Source: a virus (Duplodnaviria; Caudoviricetes). From it: 63,015 bases of DNA. A program made the translations under genes and the position numbers. Positions 9,701-17,959 of the stretch are shown here, piece after piece. The first letter of the stretch is position 1. Every line of letters begins with the position of its first letter. The stretch lies in the IMG/VR virus record IMGVR_UViG_3300009496_001865, positions 1-63,015 of that record. One strand, given 5' to 3'. Below the pieces are notes generated by a model. That model did not search any database. It worked only from the letters and a program-made list of their open reading frames with translations, and was not told the DNA's origin.

Positions 9701-9993
9701 CTTTTTTTACAAACAATCTTGTTTATCTGTTTAATACCATCGTTTGTTCTTTTTGGTATTAATCTTATTCCACCATAGTTGTTTGAATCCCACTTCCATA
9801 CATGTTCGTATTTTGTATCATACATATCAGGTCTATAATTAAACACATCATAATCTGTAACTTCAATGTTAGGCTCTACTAACCAATACATTTTAGTTTT
9901 AGGCAAGATTGTGTCAGCAGATTCAACTTGCTTTGCAAATGGTAATACTTCTTTTAGGCTAGTGTTACTGCCAATGTAAAATACATCAAACAT
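6694..9993 (-). CDS. Protein with ten tandem GT-A-like repeats; the last repeat is a complete glycosyltransferase-like domain
   Basis: Ten copies of W-x-x-(D/E)...P...H-x-(F/W)...GG(I/V)(K/R)L-x-P. The final copy (MFWVVDADA...NGLEYGYGGVKLFP...WRSAFRECVKL) matches the single-domain protein at 30117-31115. Confidence 0.65.
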   Translation of the reverse strand: MFDVFYIGSNTSLKEVLPFAKQVESADTILPKTKMYWLVEPNIEVTDYDVFNYRPDMYDTKYEHVWKWDSNNYGGIRLIPKRTNDGIKQINKIVCKKSFDILNTKTPAKYFDNNPYASHVWCVDKDYKLDPDINWAPGNFEPTFIHSFHLKGQLEHKYPEKEGGIKLFPKDWKNAETKYHNFLDANVTYPILYVKDVNDMQQRDIFDDEYVWLIDQEHKINAKTVDWIPNPFEGGMIHVFRMPYQLTEKYPMAMGGVRLVPKDWKKAEIKIHPACPVEDENYDVFYVDEDEFTSDVYSDYAERSKTDWYWIVDREFDFNGKLLYVPEEHERNYIHVFKIPGHLEERYPKDFIDPWDTRCGGVRLVHKDFDITKHKYQQGICPVRFDIFYSNNINDYDSFARKSRTKMFWLIDEEHELNNVFDYVPHKYDQKTIHIFKIPNQLSHKYPRSITNVSDNRCGGVKLVPLKHDETKYITDSPTSSKQYPIVYVEDVDDYSIVTQDCWIIDKEYQFDEEVDWVPPDFQRDMIHTFHLGDQLKHKYPDEMGGIRWIPKEYSNAGIVIHQIAPFTDVEFEKFTSEEEGRLKSRNNWFWVIDEDVTVLDNFDFDFIPEVWDEGKTHVWQKLNPITQKQYDYSGIKLCPKVAQTTGRPKYIREPACVQIPYPVYHLQPDDYKDGLNDVYVRLASQSKADMLWIVDAYTQLHEDFNFNYYPTQWDKKNVHVFADEDGEYKNVRLIPKSALDKEYTDKEIANNSFDNLKLINTIASLKPKWPVIHLQSLERDEFVNAIKDIETPFVWTTDPDIKVNQKVLDSGFMPDIMDVGKIHTWQKTNPKTNKVHAYGGLRLWPTDADYTNLTSDILKQNKFRNLKYVKQEGSTSIPNEIFVLSYKEDLRRVEEHINILEQKGLEVKHVRGVKGIFEAHKACAEQCDTKMFWVVDADAEVTESFNFDYIPDVYDEEVVHVWASKNPINGLEYGYGGVKLFPTEMVKDANTWGIDFTTGLSNRFKSMPEVSCVTKFNTDAFSTWRSAFRECVKLTLNDDAESQGRLDTWLNTRGEEDFTADAVRGALEGNQFALANKDNLEQLSKINDYTWLEEQWNE

Positions 9994-9994
9994 A

Positions 9995-11515
9995 TTAATC
10001 GTTTGTGTGAACTTTTACGCCGTAGTGCTTCTCGAATGCCTGTGCGTCTGCTATATCATTGACTATTGGTTGGCCTTTAATATTGAGACTTGTGTTTACT
10101 AGCATGGGACAGCCTGTTACTTTGTTGTATTCACTGAGCAACTTATACAATCCTGGGTGCTGTTTTTGGTTAACAGTTTGAACTCTACTTGTTCCATCCT
10201 CATGTATAATTGCAGGAAACTCCTCTGGTTTTTTGCACTTTGCAACGAATTGCATATATGGTGCATTGGTTATTCCTCCCGGCATGTCAAAATATTCATG
10301 GACATACTTCTCTAGTATCATTGGTGCAAATGGTCTAAACTTTTGACGATTCTTAATCGTGTTCATTTTGTCTTTAACTCTTGGTCCTCTAGGATCAGCA
10401 ACAAGTGATCTGTTGCCTAATGCCCTTGGTCCAAACTCCGCTCTGCCATTTGCTATTCCAAATAGTTCCCCTTTCTTCAAACTTGCTAATGCTTTCTTTA
10501 CTGGATATGGACCTTCTATGTTGTGGCCTAAATAAGGTCCATTCCAATTAACTTTCTTGCCTGTTGTATTATATAGATGTAGTGCCGCGGCACCTAGACT
10601 ACTTCCAGCATCACCTGGGTTAGGCATAATGTGTATATTTTTGTATCCTAATTCAAATAATCTACTATTAGCAACACAATTAAGAGCAACACCACCCATA
10701 CATACAATATTCTCACTTCCTGTAATATCTCTAGCATACTCGGCAAACGATAATATTCTCTTTTCAATTTGATGTTGTGCCGCGTATGCAATAGTAAAGT
10801 CATCATACTCTTTATATAAATTTGGATCTATGCCACGTTGTAAATTACCACTTCCTCTAATGCTCTGTCTATTAGATATCCATGCATGATGAAAAAAGAA
10901 AAAATCTTTGCCCATTTGCCTACTTAGTCTTTTACCTTCTACTGGATCACCATAAGCGGCCATGCCCATTAGAATGTATTCATCTTCCATAGGTTTAAGT
11001 CCAACTCGATGTGTTACTGCACTATAAAATAATCCTAAACTGCTAGGGAACCATACACTATGCAACTTTTTTAACTCGCCTTTTTTCCAGTGCCAGATGG
11101 TTGCTGTATCAAATTCTCCTATTGCGTCTATTACCATTACAGCACATTCGTCAAATCCACTAGTTAATACACCAGCGGCCGCATGTGTTTCATGATGCCA
11201 ATATTCTTTTGTTGGTATTTTTTTAAGTTCTGGATAAAACTGTTTTACCCATTTACGTTGTGACGGTTCTGATAATGCACTCCAGTTTCTCCCATAAATA
11301 TTTCTTAGACGTTTTGCCCAATCCTTTTCATGGAATACTATTTGGTCTGGAACACCATGTTCTAGAACAGCATTAATTAATTCTTTATTTAAAAAAGGAT
11401 CGTTTTTTTCCTTGCTATATCTTTCAGAGTGACCTGCAAAGACAATCTCATCGTCATCTAGAAGAGTAACTGCCGCATCGTGGAATCCAGAACTTATACC
11501 TAAAATCTTACTCAT
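9995..11515 (-). CDS. O-carbamoyltransferase, NodU/CmcH/TobZ family
   Basis: ILGIS.GFHDAA, SERYS..KND, HHETHAA, GGVALNC, GDAGSSLGAA, EFGPRALGNRS, FRPFAP, DGTSRVQTV, NTSLN. Confidence 0.95.
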   Translation of the reverse strand: MSKILGISSGFHDAAVTLLDDDEIVFAGHSERYSKEKNDPFLNKELINAVLEHGVPDQIVFHEKDWAKRLRNIYGRNWSALSEPSQRKWVKQFYPELKKIPTKEYWHHETHAAAGVLTSGFDECAVMVIDAIGEFDTATIWHWKKGELKKLHSVWFPSSLGLFYSAVTHRVGLKPMEDEYILMGMAAYGDPVEGKRLSRQMGKDFFFFHHAWISNRQSIRGSGNLQRGIDPNLYKEYDDFTIAYAAQHQIEKRILSFAEYARDITGSENIVCMGGVALNCVANSRLFELGYKNIHIMPNPGDAGSSLGAAALHLYNTTGKKVNWNGPYLGHNIEGPYPVKKALASLKKGELFGIANGRAEFGPRALGNRSLVADPRGPRVKDKMNTIKNRQKFRPFAPMILEKYVHEYFDMPGGITNAPYMQFVAKCKKPEEFPAIIHEDGTSRVQTVNQKQHPGLYKLLSEYNKVTGCPMLVNTSLNIKGQPIVNDIADAQAFEKHYGVKVHTND

Positions 11516-11688
11516 CTATATATAAAGGGATCCTTTTTCCTTAATTCTTTAATCTTTGCTTTTAACTTTTCTTCTTCTTCTTGAGTTAAACGTAGATCCT
11601 CACCGTCACTGCCTCGGTCTCTGTTACCCTCACCGTTTAATTCTGTTAAATCTTGTTGCTTGTTTTTATAGTTTTTATCTTCAGACAT
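11512..11688 (-). CDS. 58-aa soluble peptide ending in KELRKKDPFIYR (SxtK/DltX-like PFIY tail; not in the supplied ORF track)
   Basis: Manual translation: MSEDKNYKNKQQDLTELNGEGNRDRGSDGEDLRLTQEEEEKLKAKIKELRKKDPFIYR. TAAGGAG Shine-Dalgarno, fills the gap exactly, and its TGA overlaps the carbamoyltransferase ATG (ATGA). Confidence 0.8.
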   Translation of the reverse strand: MSEDKNYKNKQQDLTELNGEGNRDRGSDGEDLRLTQEEEEKLKAKIKELRKKDPFIYR

Positions 11689-12304
11689 TTGGTCTCCTTA
11701 CAAATTCTATTAATTTATCACACATTGATTGATGTATTGCTGGATCTACTGCATGTTGCGTTTCACTCCAGCCTTCAGGGTATTCCTTCATTGCGTCTTC
11801 GATTAATGATGTATGATGTAAATAATACTTATCCAAATTTATAAGATTCCATATATTAGACTGGTATCCTTCAGGAATTGCATTATACATATTACAAAAC
11901 ATATAATCTATTTTGTTATTTTCTAAATATTGCTGTAATAAAAATATATATAAAATTGTATTTTCTTTACCTATTTCAAAATCACATACATTTAAATCTA
12001 AGTATCTATAAAATTTTTCTAAATCAGTATCATCAGAATGTTTATCTAATGTGTAGTCAGCACGTTCACCTTTCCAAGTAAATTCAAATCGTTCTTGAGT
12101 TGTCCAGCCAATTAAAACAAAATCTGGCTTGCCATTTTCTTCTATGTATTCTATTGTTGATCTTAATATTCTATGATTACTACCACCAGGATGTGATAAA
12201 TTTACACAATCTATATCTAAGTGTTTTGCAAAAAGGTCTGCTACAGATGTAGTGCTTTCAGAACCTGCCATATGGCTACAACCATTTGCTAACAACTTAC
12301 CCAT
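11681..12304 (-). CDS. SGNH/GDSL-fold protein, paralog 3
   Basis: LLANGCSH, NLSHPGGSNHRILR, DFVLIGWT..ER, C-terminal ETQHA. Start at ATG 12304 after GGAG. Confidence 0.65.
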   Translation of the reverse strand: MGKLLANGCSHMAGSESTTSVADLFAKHLDIDCVNLSHPGGSNHRILRSTIEYIEENGKPDFVLIGWTTQERFEFTWKGERADYTLDKHSDDTDLEKFYRYLDLNVCDFEIGKENTILYIFLLQQYLENNKIDYMFCNMYNAIPEGYQSNIWNLINLDKYYLHHTSLIEDAMKEYPEGWSETQHAVDPAIHQSMCDKLIEFVRRPNV

Positions 12305-13085
12305 GTATTTCTCCAAACTTCCCATCTAACACATCAGCCATTTTGAATTGGCCTTTAGGAGAGAAATGATTATAATGATCATGATATTCAGGAGGTAGTT
12401 CTCTGTTTTCACCTATAACATAATCATCCATGCTATGTGCAAAATGCTGTAAGCATTTATATCTTTTATTATCATACTCAAACGAATAACATTCATCTTC
12501 GTATTCTGCTGTATGATAAAAACAATGGTAACTTTGATAACTTGTTATATTATGCCGTTTTATATAAAAGGCCCATGCATCTTTAATAGTTGTAAGTTGT
12601 CTTTGAGCCTCTCCTGTTGTTTGACCCCATGGTTTTAAATAAAGCCAGTAAAGTTCAATTGCTTGTCTTACTCTCTGGTCAAATCTTTTTTCATCCTTTA
12701 ATAGCGGAGTATCCGGTCCTGGTAGTGACATTTCACCTGGATGTAGGCGGTCTTCGAACTCAGGTCTTGATTTGTTAGATATAACTCCTGTAGATCTAAC
12801 TATTTGTCTTGTTTCATCACTCCAACAAAATACAAAATGTGTTTCATTTATATACTCTTGGCTGTTTGATGCAAGCCACTCTCTGAATTCATGTATCATC
12901 CAATTAGGACCATGGCCAGGAGTTCCGTTGTGAACTATTTGTAAATTATGTTTCTCTGCAAATATATCCATGTAACTAGGTGTTGGTGGGTAAAACAACG
13001 TATCAGTTCCATTAGATATTTTTCTAGATACTGTATCAAAACAGTAACTATCGCCAAAAAATGCTACTTTATCTATTTGAGGCAT
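12297..13085 (-). CDS. SGNH/GDSL-fold protein, paralog 4
   Basis: Canonical FFGDSY, NGTPGHG, FVFCWS..R, C-terminal DHYNHFSPKGQ. Confidence 0.6.
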   Translation of the reverse strand: MPQIDKVAFFGDSYCFDTVSRKISNGTDTLFYPPTPSYMDIFAEKHNLQIVHNGTPGHGPNWMIHEFREWLASNSQEYINETHFVFCWSDETRQIVRSTGVISNKSRPEFEDRLHPGEMSLPGPDTPLLKDEKRFDQRVRQAIELYWLYLKPWGQTTGEAQRQLTTIKDAWAFYIKRHNITSYQSYHCFYHTAEYEDECYSFEYDNKRYKCLQHFAHSMDDYVIGENRELPPEYHDHYNHFSPKGQFKMADVLDGKFGEIHG

Positions 13086-14373
13086 ACATCAGTTTCCATA
13101 ATTCAGGCAATGCCTCTCTCATTGACTCTTTGCGTTGCTTATCTAACATCTCAGTATATTTCTTAAAAGTATCTAGTTCCTGTTCCCAATTATCTTTACG
13201 ATTTTCTTTTAGTGCTTTTATTGTTGCTTCTATGCTTTGCTTATTCTCAGGCCTATGTGCAAGTATCTTACTACGTTTAAGCCATTGCTCTAATCTACCT
13301 GCGGCAACTTCTCTTACTTGCTCAGGACAGTTTCTAAAATCTAAACTTGTTGGATAATCGCATATTAGAAATGTTAAGAATATTTTTCTACCATATTCTT
13401 CTTCTAGTTCTTCTGCAAAGTCTAATAGTTTTGTAATAGTTAATACATTATATATTTGTATTACAGGACTAAACAATACTGTTCCAACAACATCACTAGC
13501 ACAATATGTTCTTAAGTTTTTCTCAACTCTGCTCCAATGACTTGCTCCTCTAATGTATTCATTTTCATGTCCATAAGCATCTACACTTATACACATTAAT
13601 ACATCTTTGAACTGCTCTACTAAATCTAAGAAACGTTTTTGTATGTTAGTCATGTTACTATTAAATACTAATTCTATGTCCTTAGCAATACCCATTTCCA
13701 CACATTTTTCCATAATCCAGTATACACGTTCTATGATAGTAGGTTCTCCGCCTGTGAAATAAAGTTTATTAACTCCTGGCAACCACTCTTCAACTTGTCG
13801 TAAAAATTCTGGATCATCTTCCCAATTGGTTATATTCTCAGCAAAATGGCCCCATGTAAAATTATCTCTAATGAACTGACCTGCTTCAGCATCAGCATTT
13901 TCTATCTTTACATATTCTTTGTTTATCTGTGAACTGTTTTGAGGTTGGCACATTCTACACTTCAGGTTACACATATTGCCAAGCCTAAAATCTAAATACA
14001 TTGGAGGATCTTCTACTCTATATCCATTCCTTTTACTTTTTTCAATCCTTTCAATAATCTCCTCTCCTCGATCACTGTATTCAAACCAGTCTCTGATGTA
14101 GTTTGTTCGATAACTCGGAAATCCCATATCCTCTAAATCATAACAATGTTCGCAACCTTTTACCACTTCGCCATCTAACATCTGCTTACGGATTTTACGC
14201 ATATGATTGTTATTCCAAACAGATTCTATGCGATCTCCTTTATTGAGGTCGACCATACTTCCATCATCGTTTTTAAAATTATCACGTGCAACACAGCACC
14301 AACTTAATGTTCCTGTAGGTTGGGTCATTACATGTATCCAGGGATACGGACAAAATGTTTTACTGTATTCCAT
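13069..14373 (-). CDS. Radical SAM enzyme with N-terminal twitch/SPASM-like domain (1 of 8)
   Basis: FCPYPW...WCC...CEHC, then CNLKCRMC and TGGEP. Confidence 0.92.
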   Translation of the reverse strand: MEYSKTFCPYPWIHVMTQPTGTLSWCCVARDNFKNDDGSMVDLNKGDRIESVWNNNHMRKIRKQMLDGEVVKGCEHCYDLEDMGFPSYRTNYIRDWFEYSDRGEEIIERIEKSKRNGYRVEDPPMYLDFRLGNMCNLKCRMCQPQNSSQINKEYVKIENADAEAGQFIRDNFTWGHFAENITNWEDDPEFLRQVEEWLPGVNKLYFTGGEPTIIERVYWIMEKCVEMGIAKDIELVFNSNMTNIQKRFLDLVEQFKDVLMCISVDAYGHENEYIRGASHWSRVEKNLRTYCASDVVGTVLFSPVIQIYNVLTITKLLDFAEELEEEYGRKIFLTFLICDYPTSLDFRNCPEQVREVAAGRLEQWLKRSKILAHRPENKQSIEATIKALKENRKDNWEQELDTFKKYTEMLDKQRKESMREALPELWKLMYASNR

Positions 14374-15523
14374 TCCAATACTCTCTTATAAATTCATATA
14401 GTGTAGGAAACGTTTCTTCAAAACTTTCCTTTCTATATGTATCTCCAAATTTAGTTGTATGAATAAACTGATAAAACTTATCAGATTCATAATGTTCATT
14501 GTTCATATAATCTAATGTTCTCTTAACATAATCAGGTTGGTTACCACTATAGAAGTTTAAGATCTTATTCTTTACTTCCTTAGGTAAACATTTTGCTGAC
14601 ATGTGTTTAGGTTCAAACACCATATTATAGTGAATGTGCATAGGCAAATTTGCTTCTACATATTCTGTTAATTCTTTTAAGTTACATATATTTAGTATAC
14701 CTATTGTTTGAAAAATTGAAAACTCTAAGTTTCCTTCTAATTTTGTAAACTTTTCTATATTTTCAAATACTTCTTCAAACTTTCCAGGATGCCTAATATA
14801 ATTAAACCTTTCATCTACATCATCTATACTAAAAAATATTTGCACCTTTTTAAAGTGTTTCCATAAATGAACTTTTTCTTCCGGAAACACACTACCATTT
14901 GTGTTATATGATAAATGAATGTTTTTTGCGTATCCTTTCTCTATACACTTTTCTAGTATATCAAAATGTCTTTCTATTAGTAAAGGTTCGCCGCCAAAGA
15001 ATTCAAATTTAACAATAGCATGTAGCATTGTATCAAGATCTTCCCAAAAGTCGTTGTTATGCTTAGGCCACATCCCCTTATGATTAAATGCAAGTATGCT
15101 GTCTTTCTTACTAGGGTCTATCTTTATTTCTTCTTTTGCCCATTGGCTACTTGCAAAAGTTGTGCAAATTCTACATTTACTATTGCAAATATTTCCTAGT
15201 TTTAAATCTAATGATGCAGGTTGTTCTGTTGCTTTTGGGTCTTCGAAGTCAAACATGGATCTATACCAAACGTTTTCTCTTTGCCTTTTACTTCGTATTC
15301 CTGCTTCTTCCTCATTCCAGCAATTACGACATGCTTCAGGTCTTTCGTCTCTTAAAAATGCTTGCCTGTAATTCTCTAGCCATTCACTATTCCATACTTC
15401 GCTAAGTGTTCCACCTTCTGCTAATGTAACTCCTGCATCGTCTTGCATTATACAACAAGGAGAAATAGTGCCATCAGTTCTAGCCTCTAAGTTTACAAAT
15501 GGTAATACACAAAAGTTTTTCAT
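14360..15523 (-). CDS. Radical SAM enzyme with N-terminal twitch domain (2 of 8)
   Basis: FCVLPF...PCC...CRNC, then CNSKCRIC and FGGEP. Confidence 0.92.
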   Translation of the reverse strand: MKNFCVLPFVNLEARTDGTISPCCIMQDDAGVTLAEGGTLSEVWNSEWLENYRQAFLRDERPEACRNCWNEEEAGIRSKRQRENVWYRSMFDFEDPKATEQPASLDLKLGNICNSKCRICTTFASSQWAKEEIKIDPSKKDSILAFNHKGMWPKHNNDFWEDLDTMLHAIVKFEFFGGEPLLIERHFDILEKCIEKGYAKNIHLSYNTNGSVFPEEKVHLWKHFKKVQIFFSIDDVDERFNYIRHPGKFEEVFENIEKFTKLEGNLEFSIFQTIGILNICNLKELTEYVEANLPMHIHYNMVFEPKHMSAKCLPKEVKNKILNFYSGNQPDYVKRTLDYMNNEHYESDKFYQFIHTTKFGDTYRKESFEETFPTLYEFIREYWNGIQ

Positions 15524-16743
15524 AGTTTTGCTAACTCCGGAAAAACATCTGCAAAGTTTTCTTCACGTAAATAATCAAACTCAATATTGAACCGTCTAAA
15601 CTCATCAAACAGTTCTGTATGATCATCATCTAAAAATTGAATTGAACTTTTATATCCTTCTGTTGCCCTACCTATATGATCTCTAGGTTCAAGCCATGCT
15701 AAATGTTTTTGCCATTTGTATTTTATCTCTTCTTTAAATTCTGCAGGCAATACACTCATTCTAAAACGTGGATTGTTTAGCAATACATTCATATACCAAT
15801 CACCTGGTTTAATATATCCTTTATCTACCCAACTCTTGTGAAAGTCAGTTATGTGCCAGGCGTTGTAGGCACTAACAGTAGCACTCACATAAAAATCTAT
15901 CTCAGGTGATTCTTCTCTTAATCGTTGTATGTTGTTTTCAACATCTGCCCATACTGTTCCTTTACGTTGATACTCCCCTCTGGCCCCTTCTGCATCTAGA
16001 CTTGCACCTACACTTATATGACTAAAGTTTTTCCATAAGTCTAATATGTCATACTTCTTATATTTTAATGTTGTAAAGTTTGTATTATAAAAAATGCGTA
16101 TATCTGTTTTACCCATTTCTACTAACTTGTTCATTATACCCCAATGCTCGTCCATCATAATAGGCTCACCACCTGCCCAATATATTTGTTCTATGTGTTC
16201 TAGCATAGGTTCAAATTCTTCCATAAAGCCGTCTACGTCTTTGCGAATTTGTATAATTTTTTCTGTTGGTGTTATATTAAAACTGCTCTTCACAGCATCT
16301 TTAAACCAGTTACTACTAAGTTCGGGACCACAATATCTACAACGTAGATTACATACATTGCTAAAACGAAAATCCAAATAAACAATAGTCAAATCATCTA
16401 AACTACCATCTGCATTTGTTTTCTCTACTTTATCCCAATGAGGTTCTAACCAGTCTCTATTACTTCTTACCCTTAAACTGTCGTGACCTTTTTCTTCCTT
16501 TTCGTAACACCTTACACATTGTTTACATTTCTTGCCTTGCAACATATTAAGACGGACTTCTTTCATGTCTTTGCTGTTCCATACTTCTTGTAAACTATTT
16601 TCTCGTAGATCACCTATATGTGATTCCCATGGTGAGTCACAGCAAAGCATTGTTTTACCATTAGGCCAAGGGTGCATATGAATCCATGGCAGGATACACA
16701 TTACATCATCATCGTGATCTTTAATATTTGTGCTGAATTCCAT
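15520..16743 (-). CDS. Radical SAM enzyme with N-terminal twitch domain (3 of 8)
   Basis: CILPW...LCC...CVRC, then CNLRCRYC and AGGEP. Start uncertain (16743 or 16752). Confidence 0.92.
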   Translation of the reverse strand: MEFSTNIKDHDDDVMCILPWIHMHPWPNGKTMLCCDSPWESHIGDLRENSLQEVWNSKDMKEVRLNMLQGKKCKQCVRCYEKEEKGHDSLRVRSNRDWLEPHWDKVEKTNADGSLDDLTIVYLDFRFSNVCNLRCRYCGPELSSNWFKDAVKSSFNITPTEKIIQIRKDVDGFMEEFEPMLEHIEQIYWAGGEPIMMDEHWGIMNKLVEMGKTDIRIFYNTNFTTLKYKKYDILDLWKNFSHISVGASLDAEGARGEYQRKGTVWADVENNIQRLREESPEIDFYVSATVSAYNAWHITDFHKSWVDKGYIKPGDWYMNVLLNNPRFRMSVLPAEFKEEIKYKWQKHLAWLEPRDHIGRATEGYKSSIQFLDDDHTELFDEFRRFNIEFDYLREENFADVFPELAKL

Positions 16744-17959
16744 TATTCTCACATAGGATTATTAGTTCTGGAAATACTGCTCTCCAGCCACTTTCATGCC
16801 CTCTAATTTTATCTAGTTCATCGTTATATCTACAAAACTGTTCCCATTTTAATTCATCCCAGTCATCGTTATTAAACATACTTAATAATGTTCCTAGTTC
16901 ATGTTTATTGCCCATTGTTGTTCTAAACTTATCATGCACATGGCGTCTAACGACGGGAGGCAGGATTGCTGGTGATAGGTAATCAGGATCATACACAAAG
17001 TTCATGTCAACTGGACATGGTGCCCAATTTAGAAACTCGTCTAAGTAAATATAATTATAAGCACTCACAGTTTGCGTAATTCTTATTGTAAGTGTATCTT
17101 CTGCTAATAGGCTATCCAAGTTCTTAGTAACGTCTAGCCATTTTGTAGGATATCTAATAAAATGATTTCTAGTATCTAAACAGTCTATACTAGGACATAC
17201 TCTTGCTTCTTTAAATTCTTTCCATATAGGAATTGCTTCTGGTGGCAAGTTTGTCATGTTAATATTATACCACAGTATAATATTTTTACTTCTGCCACTC
17301 TTAACTAACATATCTAAATATTTCCAATGTGCTTTTATAAGTGTAGGTTCGCCACCATTAATATAAAGAACTTCCATATTAGGGGCACATTCAAATAAGT
17401 CGTTATAAAAATTTTCATCTTCCGGCCATTGAAAGTCGTGCTTATGGTCTAACCAACTGTATCCATCATTAACAAAATCTAACGAGTCAACAATTTCTTT
17501 ATAATCTTTAACCCACCTTGAACTACTTGCTGGATTACAAGTGCGACAGCGGACATTACATACATTACCAAGACGCAACTCGACAAAACGAAGATCCAAA
17601 GGTATGCTACCATCCTCACTTGTAAGTCGGGATGCGTAACTGGAGTCAAAGTCCGGATAAACCTGGGACTCGTGTTCTCGTTTACTCTTAATTCCTTTTC
17701 TTTCTTCCTGGTAGCATCTCTCACATGCTTTAGGCTCCACATCATTTAACATCTCCAATCTAATTTGTTTAAAATAATCACTGTTCATATGTTTGTTTAT
17801 GCTGTGATCATTTAAGTTGAAAAACTGGTCGCCATCCTCAGTAAAATCTCTTGCTCTATTTTTGCCAGCAGTCATATCAGATATGCAACAAGGTGTTACA
17901 CCGCCATGAGGGTGTGTTCCCAAGTGCATCCAAGGTAAAGGACAAAATGTTTTGCTCAT
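16721..17959 (-). CDS. Radical SAM enzyme with N-terminal twitch domain (4 of 8)
   Basis: FCPLPW...PCC...CERC, then CNVRCRTC and NGGEP. Confidence 0.92.
   Translation of the reverse strand: MSKTFCPLPWMHLGTHPHGGVTPCCISDMTAGKNRARDFTEDGDQFFNLNDHSINKHMNSDYFKQIRLEMLNDVEPKACERCYQEERKGIKSKREHESQVYPDFDSSYASRLTSEDGSIPLDLRFVELRLGNVCNVRCRTCNPASSSRWVKDYKEIVDSLDFVNDGYSWLDHKHDFQWPEDENFYNDLFECAPNMEVLYINGGEPTLIKAHWKYLDMLVKSGRSKNIILWYNINMTNLPPEAIPIWKEFKEARVCPSIDCLDTRNHFIRYPTKWLDVTKNLDSLLAEDTLTIRITQTVSAYNYIYLDEFLNWAPCPVDMNFVYDPDYLSPAILPPVVRRHVHDKFRTTMGNKHELGTLLSMFNNDDWDELKWEQFCRYNDELDKIRGHESGWRAVFPELIILCENNGIQHKY

Noticed and set aside
9995-11515. Carbamoyltransferase as a 5-hydroxymethylcytosine DNA-modifying enzyme
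   Set aside because: That activity is known for some phage NodU homologs, but no dCMP hydroxymethylase or replication genes are in the window and the context is glycan and late genes. Down-weighted, not excluded.
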